64,000 nt of DNA from Alphaproteobacteria bacterium. Lineage in GTDB: Bacteria; Pseudomonadota; Alphaproteobacteria; UBA828. The stretch lies in contig CAXXMU010000005.1 of NCBI GenBank assembly GCA_963667785.2, positions 160,001-224,000 on the forward strand, in the 5' to 3' direction. The translations under genes and the position numbers were made by a program. Below are positions 61,613 to 64,000 of this stretch, in pieces (the first letter of the stretch is position 1; each line of letters begins with the position of its first letter). Below the pieces are notes generated by a model. That model did no database searches. It had not been told where the DNA came from and saw nothing but the letters and a program-made list of their open reading frames with translations.

Positions 61613-61767
61613 TGAACGCTGGACCCGGCTGCCGCCCGTTGCGGCGAGCCCGACGGAACTCGGGCATGGGACATGCGGCGCGCCGCATGCAACACGAAAC
61701 ACGAGACACGGGGCACGAGGCGATGCATGACGTGGTCGCTCGGGCCTGCTGAGAATAGGGACGAGAC

Positions 61768-63723
<1,956 letters not shown>

Positions 63724-63806
63724 GCCGGAAGCGGGCGGCCTGCGCGGGTTTGGAGGCAGCGGGCGGGGGGCCGGCCATGCGCGACCTCCCAGCGGGCCGC
63801 TGAGCC

Positions 63807-64000
63807 ATGGCCAAGGCCGACTATTACGACCTGCTCGGCGCCTCGCGCGACGCCAGCGAGGACGACCTCAAGAAGGCCTACCGCAAGCTCGCCATGCAGT
63901 ACCATCCGGACCGCAATCCGGACGACAAGCAGGCCGAGCAGAAGTTCAAGGAGATATCCGAGGCCTACCACGTGCTCTCCGACAAGGAGAAGCGCGCGGC
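63807..64000 (+). CDS. dnaJ: chaperone DnaJ (5' part, runs off the window)
   Basis: [11 protein letters not shown]...[16 protein letters not shown] (HPD motif). Confidence 0.96.
   Translation, partial: MAKADYYDLLGASRDASEDDLKKAYRKLAMQYHPDRNPDDKQAEQKFKEISEAYHVLSDKEKRA

Overview
High-GC alphaproteobacterial chromosome window (Rhodospirillales-like by gene order, inferred) that spans the probable replication origin. Core blocks are sucC-sucD-sucA; ppsR(DUF299)-maf-aroE-coaE-dnaQ | oriC | hemE-hemH-hemJ-dcd-rho; a reversed mnmE-mnmG-rsmG-parA-parB block with a perfect parS; fused trpE(G); aroQ-accB-accC-aat; a thiS-thiG fusion; rne; and hrcA-grpE-dnaK-dnaJ. An accessory stretch (about 5-22.5 kb) holds a tungstate ABC transporter, an XRE-regulated desaturase followed by two tandem homocysteine S-methyltransferases, a six-gene membrane redox operon (MsrQ-like cytochrome b-Rieske fusion plus Rieske-FMN glutamate-synthase-like fusion), a P450, an F420-type LLM oxidoreductase and an SDR. 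The most notable signals are four: (1) three alphaproteobacterial LexA-type boxes written into the yyaL coding sequence with against-bias codons at 76/77 bp spacing; (2) a ~165 bp multi-hairpin repeat with terminal inverted repeats and compensatory substitutions, present three times, each between convergent genes and touching TAG stop codons; (3) the uncharacterised twin-Rieske membrane operon; (4) the desaturase plus duplicated methyltransferase operon. No rRNA, tRNA, CRISPR array, transposase or integrase was recognised. All calls come from reading motifs by eye; no searches were run.
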